A DNA stretch of 64,000 nt from Minisyncoccota bacterium (GCA_041661305.1 JBAZUR010000002.1:10621-74620), one strand, 5' to 3'. Counted from the first letter of the stretch, positions 18,897-29,551 are shown. Translations and numbers: made by a program. Notes: generated by a model from the sequence alone, not told the origin.

Positions 18897-18931
18897 ACAA
18901 AAAAACTCCCCAGATGGGGAGTTTTTTGTTT
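18897..18931. terminator. Bidirectional intrinsic terminator
   Basis: aaaaaactcccc-agat-ggggagtttttt between convergent genes. Confidence 0.75.
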
Positions 18932-20496
18932 TAAGAGCGCGACAAGAAAGATTCTCTTGGTCGATAGCGGATAGCTTCTAGGATATGCTCGTCTAGAATT
19001 TCATCACTTTCTGCTAAATCGGCGATGGTGCGAGCGAGTTTAATTGCTTTATGATAGGCACGTGCAGAAAAGTTAAATTTTTCTGCACTTTGACGCAAAA
19101 GTTTTTCGGCGTTTTCTGTGATTCTCGACATTTCAATAATATCTTTTGCTTTCATTTCGCTGTTTAGGCGGCCACTTTTTTTAAAAGAAGCAAAGCGTTC
19201 TTTTTGGCGAGAACGAGCTTTCATTACTCGATTACGTATTGTCTCGCTTTTTTCACCGTCGCTTTCACCCGATAGTTTTTGATAGTCTATTGTGCCAACT
19301 TCAATCCACATATCAACTCGGTCTATAATTGGACCTGACAATTTTCTTTCATAGCGAGCAATTGCAGAAGCAGTGCAGGTGCACTGCTGTTTTTTATTAC
19401 CTCTATTTCCACAAGGGCAAGGGTTTAGTGCTGCGACTAAAATAAATGATGCCGGAAAAAGTGCGAATCCACGGGAGCGAGAAATGTTAACCACCCTGTC
19501 CTCGAGCGGTTGGCGTAGTGATTCTAGAACTCTGGTTTCAAACTCTGGAAATTCGTCTAAAAACAAAACCCCACGATGAGCGAGAGTGGCCTCTCCTGGT
19601 TTGGGAATTGCGCCTCCGCCGATAACCGAAACATAAGAAGCAGTGTGGTGAGGGGAACGAAACGGCGGAGTTGTGATGATTGTCTCTCTTAGTGTTCCAG
19701 CTGCTGAATGAATACCAGTCACCTCAAGCATCTCATCTTCGTTTAGATTTGGAAGTAATCCGCGAAACCCTTTGGCAAGCATCGTTTTTCCTGTTCCTGG
19801 TGGGCCATAAAGAGCGATATTGTGTCCGCCAGACGCGGCAATTTCCAAACCACGCTTCCCTGTTTCCTGTCCGCGAATTTCTGAAAGATCCAAATCAATT
19901 TCTGAAAATGTTGGAATAATTTCTGTTGGCTCTCTGTGGTCTATCGTTTCATTTTTTACCTGGGCACTTTTCTCTTTATTTTTTGAGAGATGGTTTAGTA
20001 ATTGTTGTAAGGTTTTAATTGGAAAAATTTTTATTCCACGAATAAGAGCTGCCTCTATTGCGTTTTCTTCTGGGACGTATAGTTCTTCAAACCCTCTTTT
20101 CTTTGCTTCTTCGGCAATAAGAAGAGTTCCTCGAACAGGCATAACTTTTCCATCGAGTGATAGTTCTCCAACAAATAATTTTTTTGCCGGGTCAAAAGAA
20201 ATATCTCCTGAAGCAATAGCGTAAGCAAGAGCAATCGGAACATCAAAAACAGGACCTTCTTTTTTCATATCAGCCGGAGCGAGAGAAATCACAACTTTTT
20301 CGTTTTTACTCTTTGGTGGTTTTAGTCCAGAATTTTTAATAGCAGCACTAACTCTATCCCGCGACTCCTCAACAGCCTTATCAGGAAGACCAACGATTGA
20401 AAATGAAAAAAGGCCGCGAGAAATATCGGCCTCAACATTCACCACGTGTGCTTTCAGGAATTGTATTTGGGCTCCGTGAACACGCGCGAAATTCAT
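18931..20496 (-). CDS. comM: ComM/YifB Mg-chelatase-like AAA+ ATPase
   Basis: GLPDKAVEES, GPPGTGKT, PFRSPHH, FLDEFPEF, NPCPCG; ATG 20496 avoids overlap. Confidence 0.9.
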   Translation of the reverse strand: MNFARVHGAQIQFLKAHVVNVEADISRGLFSFSIVGLPDKAVEESRDRVSAAIKNSGLKPPKSKNEKVVISLAPADMKKEGPVFDVPIALAYAIASGDISFDPAKKLFVGELSLDGKVMPVRGTLLIAEEAKKRGFEELYVPEENAIEAALIRGIKIFPIKTLQQLLNHLSKNKEKSAQVKNETIDHREPTEIIPTFSEIDLDLSEIRGQETGKRGLEIAASGGHNIALYGPPGTGKTMLAKGFRGLLPNLNEDEMLEVTGIHSAAGTLRETIITTPPFRSPHHTASYVSVIGGGAIPKPGEATLAHRGVLFLDEFPEFETRVLESLRQPLEDRVVNISRSRGFALFPASFILVAALNPCPCGNRGNKKQQCTCTASAIARYERKLSGPIIDRVDMWIEVGTIDYQKLSGESDGEKSETIRNRVMKARSRQKERFASFKKSGRLNSEMKAKDIIEMSRITENAEKLLRQSAEKFNFSARAYHKAIKLARTIADLAESDEILDEHILEAIRYRPRESFLSRS

Positions 20497-20506
20497 AAAA
20501 ATAATT

Positions 20507-20863
20507 CTACAAGTGTGCCATGCAGGTCGTTGCTGCTGGGTTGGCCTCAAGTCTTTTTTCTTCTATTTCTTTTTCACAAACAGAGCAGATTCCGTATCCC
20601 CCATTTTTTATTCGGAGAAGGGCAGAATCAACCTCGTTTAGTCTTTTTTCTAGCTCTAATTGAGTGGAACTGACTTCTTCAAAATCTTCCATCAAATCAG
20701 CAACTTCATTTTTGTCGGAAAGACTTGCGTCCATAACAGAAGGAACTGGTTCCCAATCTTTTGGATTACCTGGAGTTCTTCTTCCAAGTACTTGCATCTC
20801 TTCTTCTAGAAGCTTCTTTTCCTCGGATAATTTTTGTTCGTACTTTTCGTAATTTTTTTCCAT
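20507..20863 (-). CDS. TraR/DksA C4-type zinc finger protein
   Basis: Coiled coil + YGICSVC..RLEANPAATTCMAH. Confidence 0.85.
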   Translation of the reverse strand: MEKNYEKYEQKLSEEKKLLEEEMQVLGRRTPGNPKDWEPVPSVMDASLSDKNEVADLMEDFEEVSSTQLELEKRLNEVDSALLRIKNGGYGICSVCEKEIEEKRLEANPAATTCMAHL

Positions 20864-20910
20864 GTTTTTATTTTATCACAATTTTTATTTTTTCAATTTA
20901 GTGTGCGGAA

Positions 20911-21891
20911 CTATCTAACCGGTGATTTGGCGGTTGAAAGGCGCGTGATTATCTCACTTAAAGTGGCTTCGTTTGTTGTGATAATTATAGTTTTCTTGTC
21001 TTTAAAGTAATAAATTAGTAGAGGTTGGCCGGTATCATCTCGTAATACTCTGACGTCTTTGTTTTTAATAACAGAATCAACAAACGCCCTTCTGTAAATA
21101 TCAGAACTATTTTGGGGGGCAATCCCGAACAAAGGAAGAATCTCCCCAGCCATATCGTTTTCCCAAGAATACATTCCAGCGGCTGCGTTTTCATAGAAGT
21201 TTGTTTTTAGCACAAGAAATGGCTGATTGCCATTAAACGAATGTATTCCAAACAAAAAACTATTATCAAGTGAGCGAAGAAGAGCCGGTGGTATTCGCGA
21301 TTCGATCATTGAAAAAAACTTTTCAGTATTTATAAGTGCAGGTTGTGACATATAGTCTTTCGTTTCCGTGAAATATATATTAACGAGCGAGTCTAGTCGT
21401 GGGGTGAGTTCTTTCACAGAAGCAGTCGCTTTTTTCCAAATTGTCTCTCTGTTGTTTCCGGTTATATCAACTCCAAAATCTTGTTCGGTTAAAAACAAGG
21501 CAGGGATACGTGTTGGACCAGTTTCAGTTCCGGCCCCGGGGGTAATTGTCTTTACAAAAAAGTAAGTAACCAAAAGAACTCCAGTGATTAGGAGAATAAC
21601 GCTTAAAGATATTAAGACGATGTTTTTTGAAGAACGAGGAGAAAGTTCTGCTGATATTTTGTCTTTACGCCCCTGCTCTGCAATGACCATCCTTGTAAGA
21701 GAAGTTTGGTTCTCCTTAACAGACCTGGCTGCATCGCTTTGATATGTTCTAATTGGAGAAATTTTAGGAGTAGTAGGTTCCTTCACAGTTTCTGGTGTGA
21801 CTGATTGATTTAAGTGAAAAGATCCAGGAGCTCCTACTTCTTTGTTCAGGGTTGGTTCTGAAATGTTATTTTGATCAGGAATCGTGTCCAT
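20911..21891 (-). CDS. Single-pass membrane hypothetical protein
   Basis: IRTYQSD motif, one TM helix, extracytoplasmic domain. Confidence 0.65.
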   Translation of the reverse strand: MDTIPDQNNISEPTLNKEVGAPGSFHLNQSVTPETVKEPTTPKISPIRTYQSDAARSVKENQTSLTRMVIAEQGRKDKISAELSPRSSKNIVLISLSVILLITGVLLVTYFFVKTITPGAGTETGPTRIPALFLTEQDFGVDITGNNRETIWKKATASVKELTPRLDSLVNIYFTETKDYMSQPALINTEKFFSMIESRIPPALLRSLDNSFLFGIHSFNGNQPFLVLKTNFYENAAAGMYSWENDMAGEILPLFGIAPQNSSDIYRRAFVDSVIKNKDVRVLRDDTGQPLLIYYFKDKKTIIITTNEATLSEIITRLSTAKSPVR

Positions 21892-21976
21892 GAGTATTAT
21901 TATACACGCACAGTCGTTTCGCGTTATAGCCTTTTAGGTAAACTAATTTATTTAATTAACTTTTAAAAATAATTAA

Positions 21977-24127
21977 CTAGGCGCCCGCTTGTGGAGTAGG
22001 AGGAGTATCTGGTTTCAGTCCCTTACGTGTCGCGAAATCAGGGTCAACATCTTTAATAGAAAGATTGATACGGTGCTTTTCATCAATTTCTTTAATGATT
22101 ACTTCTACTTTTTCCCCAATAGATAGGACATCGGTTATTCGGTTGATATGGAACGGCGCTATCTGTGAAACGTGAACCAAACCATCAGTGCGCGGTCCGA
22201 TTTCAACAAACGCCCCAAAGTCCATGATACGAGCAACAGTCCCCGTAAATCTTTCACCAACCTTATATTCCTTGGTGAGCTCTTTTATTTTTAGAAGTGC
22301 GGCTTCCGCGCTCCCGTTTTTACCAACAATTAAAACACCACCAGTTTCGTCGATGTCTATTTGTTCTGCTCCAGTTATAGACTTAATTCCGTTTATCATT
22401 TTTCCACCAGGCCCGATGATTAAACCAATTTGATCTTCCTTTACTTTGTGACGCAAAACTTTTGGCGCCGAAGCAGAGAGCATTGGTCTTGGTGTTGGAA
22501 TCGCCTCTTTTATTTTTGTGATGATTTGTAGCCGAGCATCTCGTGCATCAACAAGGGCTTCTTTTAAAACAGACAATGGAATGCCGCCAATTTTAATATC
22601 CATTTGTACGGCAGTGATACCAACTTCTGTTCCAGCAACCTTAAAATCCATGTCACCGTAGTGATCCTCTGGCCCTTGAATGTCGGTCAAAATTTTATAA
22701 TTTTCTTCACCTTCCATCATTACCCCCATAGCAATTCCAGCAACTGGTCTTTTTATTGGAACACCACCATCCATCAAGGCGAGGGTTGAACCACAAACCG
22801 AAGCCATTGAAGTTGAGCCGTTCGAAGCCATTGATTCAGAAACAATGCGAATAGTATATGGAAACTCTTCCTGGCTTGGAAGAACCGCAAGTAGTGCTTT
22901 TTCTGCCAAAGCTCCGTGTCCGATTTCTCGGCGATTTATATTTCCAACTTTTTTAATTTCCCCAGATGAGAATGGAGGAAAATTGTAATGATGCATATAA
23001 CGTTTCTCCGTCTTTATCTCAATACCATCAATTGTTTGCGATTCTCCTGGACCAGCGAGAGTTAAAGCAGAAAGAACGTGTGTGCCTCCGCGATAAAAAA
23101 TACCAGTACCATGAAGAACAGGAGAAATACCACCAGCTTGGGCAAATATTTTACGGACTTCTTTAAAACCTCTTCCGTCTGGACGCCTATCGTTTTTAAC
23201 CGCTTCGTTGTGAATAAAGTCATCTACTGATTTTTCAAAATACGAAAGCGCTAAAGATGTTTTTTCTTCTTTAAATTGCTCGGTAAAAATTTCCATCCAG
23301 TAGTCAAGAATTTCCCCGATAATTTTTCCGCCTGCTCCACCGCTTAATATTTCTTCAAAGCGAGGAGAAACTTTTTCAGTAAAAAAGCTTTTAGCTTCGC
23401 TCGATATTTCTTCTCGTGGAATTGTAATTTTTTTCTTGCCGATTTCGCGTACGATGCTTTCTTGGAAGTCTTGCAGTTTTTTTAGTTCTGGAAGTGCTTG
23501 TTCTAAGGCACTGGAGATAATTTCTTCCGGCATTTCTTTACCAGAGGCTTCAATCATATTTATTTTTCCATCACGACCACAAATAACAAGCTCGAGCTCT
23601 GCGTCATCGTGGCGTCGAAAATCATAATCCGGATTTATTTCCGGCGCATCAGTTCTGGAGTGTTTTGTTAAACGAATTGCTGCGACCGGTCCGTTCCATG
23701 GAATGTCCGATGTTGCGAGAGCAAGGGACGCTGCGTTGATTGCCAAAATATCTGGATCGTCTTTGTCGATAGCAAGAACAGTTATGATAACTTGTATTTC
23801 ATTTCTTATATGATCATCAAAAAGTGGGCGGATAGTTCTATCAATGATACGACCAGAAAGAATTGCTTCGTCTGACGGTTTTCCTTCTCGTCTAACAAAA
23901 CGACTTCCTAGAATTTGCCCAGCAGCATAAAATCTTTCTTCGTAATCAACAGTGAGTGGAAAAAAATCTATATTGTCTCGTTTCTCTTTTGAAATAACAG
24001 CCGTTGCGAGAACAATAGTTTTTCCATAAGACACAATAACTGAACCATTTGCTTGCTCGGTTAAATCAGAGAAAGTTGCGGTTAAAGTTTTTCCACCAAT
24101 TTCACACGAGAAGTTTTTCTTTTGCAT
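21977..24127 (-). CDS. pnp: Polynucleotide phosphorylase
   Basis: FFPLTVDY, RREIGHG, GSTSMAS, GDMDFKVAG, KH and S1 domains. Confidence 0.97.
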   Translation of the reverse strand: MQKKNFSCEIGGKTLTATFSDLTEQANGSVIVSYGKTIVLATAVISKEKRDNIDFFPLTVDYEERFYAAGQILGSRFVRREGKPSDEAILSGRIIDRTIRPLFDDHIRNEIQVIITVLAIDKDDPDILAINAASLALATSDIPWNGPVAAIRLTKHSRTDAPEINPDYDFRRHDDAELELVICGRDGKINMIEASGKEMPEEIISSALEQALPELKKLQDFQESIVREIGKKKITIPREEISSEAKSFFTEKVSPRFEEILSGGAGGKIIGEILDYWMEIFTEQFKEEKTSLALSYFEKSVDDFIHNEAVKNDRRPDGRGFKEVRKIFAQAGGISPVLHGTGIFYRGGTHVLSALTLAGPGESQTIDGIEIKTEKRYMHHYNFPPFSSGEIKKVGNINRREIGHGALAEKALLAVLPSQEEFPYTIRIVSESMASNGSTSMASVCGSTLALMDGGVPIKRPVAGIAMGVMMEGEENYKILTDIQGPEDHYGDMDFKVAGTEVGITAVQMDIKIGGIPLSVLKEALVDARDARLQIITKIKEAIPTPRPMLSASAPKVLRHKVKEDQIGLIIGPGGKMINGIKSITGAEQIDIDETGGVLIVGKNGSAEAALLKIKELTKEYKVGERFTGTVARIMDFGAFVEIGPRTDGLVHVSQIAPFHINRITDVLSIGEKVEVIIKEIDEKHRINLSIKDVDPDFATRKGLKPDTPPTPQAGA

Positions 24128-24258
24128 CTTATTTTAAACCCACCGAATTTTAGGAGTAAAAATTTTTTAATATTTAAACCCTGTATTATTCTCCTGGCTT
24201 TTATTAATGGTAAGTTCCACTAAGTTTCGCACGGAAAGGATGGCTTTTCAACATAAAC

Positions 24259-24290
24259 AAAAAAAGAGACCATTTCTGGTCTCTTTTTTT
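24259..24290 (-). terminator. Intrinsic terminator after NYN gene
   Basis: aaaaaaagagacca-tttc-tggtctcttttttt. Confidence 0.7.
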
Positions 24291-24297
24291 TGAAAAT

Positions 24298-24840
24298 TTA
24301 ATTATTTGTAGCCTCCCCTTTTTTACTTCGCCTTGGCATTATTAAAAATTTCTTAGGGTCATCAGAAAGGTCAATGAAGTCGTCAGCAACAGCACGGAGG
24401 TTGCTTGAAGCTGATTTACCAAAAGCGATAACTTCAACCTGTACCCCAACGTTTAGCTTTAAATATTCAACTAGTGGGCAAAAATCCCCATCTCCCGAAA
24501 CAATAACAACAGCATCAAGCTTTGGTGCTAAGCGCATTGCATCGACAGCAAGCCCAACATCCCAATCTGCTTTTTTGGCTCCACCCCAGAAAATCTGAAG
24601 ATCCTTAACTTTTGTTTCTATTCCAACCTTCCCCAAAGCTTCAAAAAAGCTTTTTTCATCCTCACCTTCTGTTTTGATGACATAAGCAATAGCGCGAACA
24701 AGTTGGCGTACACCAACAGCTTCTTTCATTATGGCTCCAAAATTTACTTTTGCGTGATAAAGGTTGCGGGCACTGTGATAAAGATTTTGTGTATCTATAA
24801 AAACACCAACTCTTTGGTCTTTGTGTTTAATAACTGACAT
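24298..24840 (-). CDS. NYN (LabA/DUF88) PIN-like nuclease
   Basis: FIDTQN, DWDVGLAVD, SGDGDF. Confidence 0.88.
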   Translation of the reverse strand: MSVIKHKDQRVGVFIDTQNLYHSARNLYHAKVNFGAIMKEAVGVRQLVRAIAYVIKTEGEDEKSFFEALGKVGIETKVKDLQIFWGGAKKADWDVGLAVDAMRLAPKLDAVVIVSGDGDFCPLVEYLKLNVGVQVEVIAFGKSASSNLRAVADDFIDLSDDPKKFLIMPRRSKKGEATNN

Positions 24841-24946
24841 ATATAAAAATTATTTACTTAAACGAACTATATTATTAAAAATTTAATTCTTCTATCGGTA
24901 ATGATAGAAGCTTGCAGACGGCCTGTCGGTAAAGACGGGCTATTTC

Positions 24947-25210
24947 TTACTTCAAGGCTAGCTTCTTAACGATAGAATCGTATCGTTTCTTGCTTTTCTT
25001 CTCCAAATACTTCAAATGTGTTCTGCGGTCAGCAACAATTTGAATAAGCCCACGACGAGAATGGTTGTCCTTTTGGTTTTTCTTTAAATGGGTAGCTAAA
25101 TCGGTGATTCTCTTGGTCAAAATGGCGATTTGGACCTCGGCAGAGCCTGTATCCTTGTCGTGAATCTGCGTTTTTGACATGATTTCAGCCTTTTTCTTCT
25201 TCGTTATCAT
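24947..25210 (-). CDS. rpsO: 30S ribosomal protein S15
   Basis: DTGSAEVQIAILT, KDNHSRRGL. Confidence 0.97.
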   Translation of the reverse strand: MITKKKKAEIMSKTQIHDKDTGSAEVQIAILTKRITDLATHLKKNQKDNHSRRGLIQIVADRRTHLKYLEKKSKKRYDSIVKKLALK

Positions 25211-25281
25211 GGGCCAAACTATAGCAAAAAAGCCTTATTTTTGCAAGGGCTCTCGGTAAAAACCTACTTCTTCAAGGGTTT

Positions 25282-25476
25282 TTAGTGGAGTTGGTTGAAC
25301 TTCGGGTCGTTTCGCAGATTTTTTAGCGCCTCACTGAGTTCTGCCTCTTGTTTGGCTGTTAATTCCTGTGTTTCAGGGTATTGTTCCTCCTTTTTTTCAA
25401 AAAGATCTTCGCGGCCTAAAAGAGAAGCATCTCCATGTGCCTCATTGTCGTCTGTCGGTAGTGATTCTAGTCTCAT
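25282..25476 (-). CDS. Small acidic hypothetical protein
   Basis: 64-aa ORF with ATG shortly after a TGATAGTAT-type -10. Confidence 0.4.
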   Translation of the reverse strand: MRLESLPTDDNEAHGDASLLGREDLFEKKEEQYPETQELTAKQEAELSEALKNLRNDPKFNQLH

Positions 25477-25586
25477 ATTTATGTAATTTATATAACTATA
25501 TCATAAAAAAATAAAGGTATCAGATTTTTTCAAATTTATAGATACCATGCTTACCTTATTGTCGTGGTAAAATATTTTACGACATT

Positions 25587-26513
25587 ATGACTCAAGATTT
25601 AAAGAGCTTAAAACAACAATTTCTCGAATATATAGAAATAGAACGCGGGAGAAGCTTGAAAACAGTACGTAATTACGATGCATATTTAGAGCGTTTTCTT
25701 GTTCAAACAAACGCAAAACACCCCAAAGATATAACCGACGACTCTGTTCGTGAATTTCGTCTATGGCTTAATAGACAAGAAGGTCGGCGCGAGCGCGGAA
25801 TGAGTGCTGGAACTTTAAAAAAGAAGACACAGAACTATTATTTGATTGCGTTACGAATTTTTCTTAAGTATTTAATGAAAAGAGGAATCGAGGCGATGCC
25901 ACCAGACCGTATTGAATTGGCAAAGGTATCAGAACGCTCGCTTGACCTTATTTCTCTTGATGAATTAGAGAGATTACTTAAAGCCCCTAATGGCGATGAT
26001 TTAAAAAGTTTGCGTGATAAAGCAATTTTAGAACTACTTTTTTCTACAGGACTTCGTGTTTCTGAGCTTTGCTCTCTTCCCCGTGATATTGATTTACGTA
26101 AAGATGAATTTTCTGTTAGGGGGAAAGGTGAAAAAGTCCGCGTTGTTTTTCTTTCGGATTCGGCAAAGGAGGCGATTAAAAAATACTTAGCTAAGCGTCC
26201 GGATATGGAAGACGTCCTTTTTGTTGGCACTGGAAGTATTGGCAAGAAAAAAGGAGAAATAACACATCTCACAACTCGTTCCGTGGAAAGAATTGTCGCG
26301 CAATATGCAATTAAGGCGGGTATCTCAAAAAAAGTAACCCCTCACGTTATTCGCCACTCATTCGCTACAGATTTACTGGGTAACGGGGCAGATATTCGCT
26401 CTGTTCAAATGATGCTCGGCCATGCGAGTATTTCCACTACTCAAATCTATACCCACGTGACAGATAAAGCTCTTAGGGAGATACATAAAAAATTCCACAG
26501 CGGTGGAAAGTAA
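25587..26513 (+). CDS. XerC/XerD-family tyrosine recombinase
   Basis: TGLRVSEL, GKGEK, HVIRHSFAT, LGHASISTTQIY. Confidence 0.93.
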   Translation: MTQDLKSLKQQFLEYIEIERGRSLKTVRNYDAYLERFLVQTNAKHPKDITDDSVREFRLWLNRQEGRRERGMSAGTLKKKTQNYYLIALRIFLKYLMKRGIEAMPPDRIELAKVSERSLDLISLDELERLLKAPNGDDLKSLRDKAILELLFSTGLRVSELCSLPRDIDLRKDEFSVRGKGEKVRVVFLSDSAKEAIKKYLAKRPDMEDVLFVGTGSIGKKKGEITHLTTRSVERIVAQYAIKAGISKKVTPHVIRHSFATDLLGNGADIRSVQMMLGHASISTTQIYTHVTDKALREIHKKFHSGGK

Positions 26514-26540
26514 AAAGACGCCATACAATTTGGACGTCTT

Positions 26541-26828
26541 TTAGTTCGCGGAGGTGGAAGTGCTTACGTGCCACTCGACTAAACCAGGATCTCTCAGTCT
26601 GATGGTTACGAACATTTCTTCCGTTCCGTATTCTGGAAAGTTTTTTACGGCATGGTCGACGATGTCGAGAAGAGGGACACATAGAAATATCTTCTTGCAA
26701 GATCTTCCAAGATAAAGCCCTTCCCCGTTTGTACAAATTCCCCAGTTTCCATAATCGGAGACCTCCCCACTTTCCATCATTTGCCTAATCAAATATCTGA
26801 CACTACAAACACTATTTTTGGGTGCCAT
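26541..26828 (-). CDS. ORFan hypothetical protein
   Basis: AAGGAG SD before ATG; downstream hairpin. Confidence 0.55.
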   Translation of the reverse strand: MAPKNSVCSVRYLIRQMMESGEVSDYGNWGICTNGEGLYLGRSCKKIFLCVPLLDIVDHAVKNFPEYGTEEMFVTIRLRDPGLVEWHVSTSTSAN

Positions 26829-26885
26829 AGAACTTGCTCCTTTTTATGTAATTTCTAATACATATCATATGCTAAAATAATAAAA

Positions 26886-27659
26886 ATGAAAATCATCTCC
26901 TGGAATGTAAATGGGCTCCGTGCGGTACACAGAAAAGGGCTGTTTCTTTCGTTTATTAAAAAAGAGAAACCGGATATCCTGTGCTTACAGGAAACTAAAG
27001 CTGAAGAAGTTCAGTTACCAGAAGAAATCAGAAATATTCCTGGATATTTTTGTTACTTCTCACATTCAAAAGGACGTAAGGGATATAGTGGTGTTGGTAT
27101 TTATACAAAAATTGCGCCAGAAAAAATTGAAGAAGGAATGGGAATTAAAAAATTTGATGACGAGGGGCGATTGTTAGTTTTACATTTTAAAAAATTTATT
27201 CTTCTTAATGTCTATTTTCCAAATGGAGGTGGAGCCCCAGAGAGACTTAAATACAAGTTAGATTTTTACGAAGAATTTTTAAAACACATTGAAAAATTAA
27301 AAAAGGGAGACAAAGAAATTATTTTTTGCGGAGATGTTAACGTGGCTCATGAGCCAATAGACATTGCTAGGCCTAAAGAAAACGAGGGACAAATTGGTTT
27401 TTTACCAGAAGAACGAGCTTGGATTGATGAATATATCGCACATGGTTATCTAGATGTTTTTCGACACTTCAATCCTGAGAAACAAAATGCTTATACTTGG
27501 TGGGATATGAAAACCCGCGCACGAGATAGAAATGTTGGATGGAGAATAGATTATTTTTTTGCATCACGCGGTTTGATAAAAAAAATAACAGCAATTAAAA
27601 TACTCTCAAACGTTTTCGGCTCGGACCATTGTCCGATAGCACTAGAATTAAAAGATTAG
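26886..27659 (+). CDS. xth: Exodeoxyribonuclease III (AP endonuclease)
   Basis: SWNVNGLR, LQETK, GDVNVAH, RIDY, GSDHCP. Confidence 0.95.
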   Translation: MKIISWNVNGLRAVHRKGLFLSFIKKEKPDILCLQETKAEEVQLPEEIRNIPGYFCYFSHSKGRKGYSGVGIYTKIAPEKIEEGMGIKKFDDEGRLLVLHFKKFILLNVYFPNGGGAPERLKYKLDFYEEFLKHIEKLKKGDKEIIFCGDVNVAHEPIDIARPKENEGQIGFLPEERAWIDEYIAHGYLDVFRHFNPEKQNAYTWWDMKTRARDRNVGWRIDYFFASRGLIKKITAIKILSNVFGSDHCPIALELKD

Positions 27660-27680
27660 AAACTCCTAAAGGACATTTCA

Positions 27681-29150
27681 CTATTTTACCCAGTGTTTTT
27701 TTCTTATCTCAGATACTTCTTTTGATTCCTCCTCCTCTTTTTTAGCCTTCCCCTCCTCGCCAAGTTTTTTTAGCTCGTCGATAGATAGTTTTATTAATAC
27801 AAGTGAACGTTTTTCTAGATACTCAGTGGTATTTCTGTCTGGCTCATCAAGTACTTCCTCAAGAAGTGCGTGTAAAACATAGCCAATCTTTGGTCCAGGA
27901 GTTTCATGTGTAACTTCCATAATACGTTTTCCGTCAATCTTTAGCATCGCTACCGATATCGGTGCACGCATCGCTTCTTCAATCATAGACTCATATTTTC
28001 TAAGCCGATACGGGGTCTCTTTTGGTCTGCCCATGCCGATACGGTCGCATGCTCTAACTTTCATTAAATCCCAAACATTTTCTGGTCCAACATTTTTTAC
28101 AATCCTTCTTACAGCGGAAAGGGTTATTTTTTCTACATCTGAGAAAAATAAATGATATCTCACTAGTTTAGAAACAACCTCTACTATATCTTTTGGAAAA
28201 CGCATCCTCTCCAGTATTTTTTTTGTTACACGTGAACCAACAACATCGTGCCCATAGAATGTATAATCTTTCTTTTCATCTGACCAACGCCTAGTTTCGG
28301 GCTTAGAAACATCATGAAATAAGGCTGCAAGTCTCACGTGTAACGGCCAATCTCTATCTGCCGAGTGCTGTAAAGCTCTTAGGTTGTGCTCCCAAACATC
28401 GTAAATATGGTCGCCATTCTGTTTAACCTTAATGCCAGCTTCTGTTTCAGGTGAAACATATTTGAGCACGCCAAGACGATTTGCTAAGACGATTCCTATC
28501 ATTGGGTTCGGTGACATTACTAGTTTTATAAATTCATCACGAATCCTTTCCAGCGCTATGTTTTTTAGGTTATTCACATTGTTTTCCAACGCTTTTTCTG
28601 TCTCGCTGTTAATCATGAAACCTAATTCTGCGGCCAAACGAACTGCTCTCATTACACGAAGTGCATCTTCGGCAAATCTTTCTTCTGGATTGCCAACTGC
28701 TCGGATAATCTTGTCCTTTATATCCTTTTGTCCGTTATACGGATCAACAATTTGTCCTTTAGTAATATCATACGCAATCGCGTTGATTGTGAAGTCACGC
28801 CTCCTTAGGTCGTCTTCTAGATTTTTACTAAAAACAACAGAGTCTGGTCTGCGGTAATCACTATACTTCCCCTCTATTCTGTAGGGAGTTATTTCTACAA
28901 TTTTTAACGTCTCGTCTGTTTCACTTTCATCTACAACACCAACTGTTCCGTACTCATTTTCGTAAAATGTTTTTGGAAAAATTTTTATAATATCCTCCGG
29001 TCTTGCATTTGTCGTGAAGTCCCAATCTTTTGGTTTTTTACCCGCTAAAACATCTCGAACACACCCCCCAACTAAATATGCTTCAAAACCGGCTTTTTCT
29101 AGAGATTCGCTTATGGCGCTTATGTTTTTGGGGATATTTTCAGGCTTCAT
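27681..29150 (-). CDS. cca: CCA tRNA nucleotidyltransferase with HD domain
   Basis: VGGCVRD, DWD, RRDFTINA, EDALR, ERI, FHD. Confidence 0.92.
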   Translation of the reverse strand: MKPENIPKNISAISESLEKAGFEAYLVGGCVRDVLAGKKPKDWDFTTNARPEDIIKIFPKTFYENEYGTVGVVDESETDETLKIVEITPYRIEGKYSDYRRPDSVVFSKNLEDDLRRRDFTINAIAYDITKGQIVDPYNGQKDIKDKIIRAVGNPEERFAEDALRVMRAVRLAAELGFMINSETEKALENNVNNLKNIALERIRDEFIKLVMSPNPMIGIVLANRLGVLKYVSPETEAGIKVKQNGDHIYDVWEHNLRALQHSADRDWPLHVRLAALFHDVSKPETRRWSDEKKDYTFYGHDVVGSRVTKKILERMRFPKDIVEVVSKLVRYHLFFSDVEKITLSAVRRIVKNVGPENVWDLMKVRACDRIGMGRPKETPYRLRKYESMIEEAMRAPISVAMLKIDGKRIMEVTHETPGPKIGYVLHALLEEVLDEPDRNTTEYLEKRSLVLIKLSIDELKKLGEEGKAKKEEEESKEVSEIRKKHWVK

Positions 29151-29223
29151 TATCTAAAAATATTACTCCAGGTTTTGATATTTTCCTAATTTTCCTTATG
29201 ATGTAAGGGTTCTCACAGTTTTA

Positions 29224-29295
29224 GCCCCCGTAGTGAAATGGATATCACGACAGTCTTCGAAACTGTTATTCCAGGTTCGAATCCTGGCGAGGGCA
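29224..29295 (+). tRNA. tRNA-Arg (TCG)
   Basis: Cloverleaf; acagt-cTTCGAA-actgt anticodon arm; GGTTCGAATCC; one C-A acceptor mismatch; no encoded CCA. Confidence 0.9.
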
Positions 29296-29479
29296 CACGA
29301 AGTGTGCCTGAAGCAGTGAGACGCCTGCGCGTCTCACGTCAGGATTCGAAAGCCGGAATATGTTTTTGTAATCAAAAACATTGAGGCGGGGTTGCAGGTT
29401 CTTAGTACGTGAAGAATGTACACATTTGAACGTGCTTAGAAACCTGTGACCGAATCCCAGTAGAAAAATATCCGTGACC
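29296..29479 (+). mobile_element. tRNA-3'-linked structured element, copy A, plus tandem remnant
   Basis: caggattcgaa antisense to T-arm; AGCCGGA..GAGGCGGGGT..GTGACCGAATCC scaffold. Confidence 0.7.
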
Positions 29480-29551
29480 TAATCTTTTATTGACGTAACC
29501 TCTATATTATTTGAACTTATTTAAAACTCTGTTAAAATACACCGATAAATT

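Noticed and set aside
25587-26513. Integron integrase or prophage integrase
   Set aside because: No IntI-specific insertion evident; size and motifs fit housekeeping XerC/D; no adjacent phage genes
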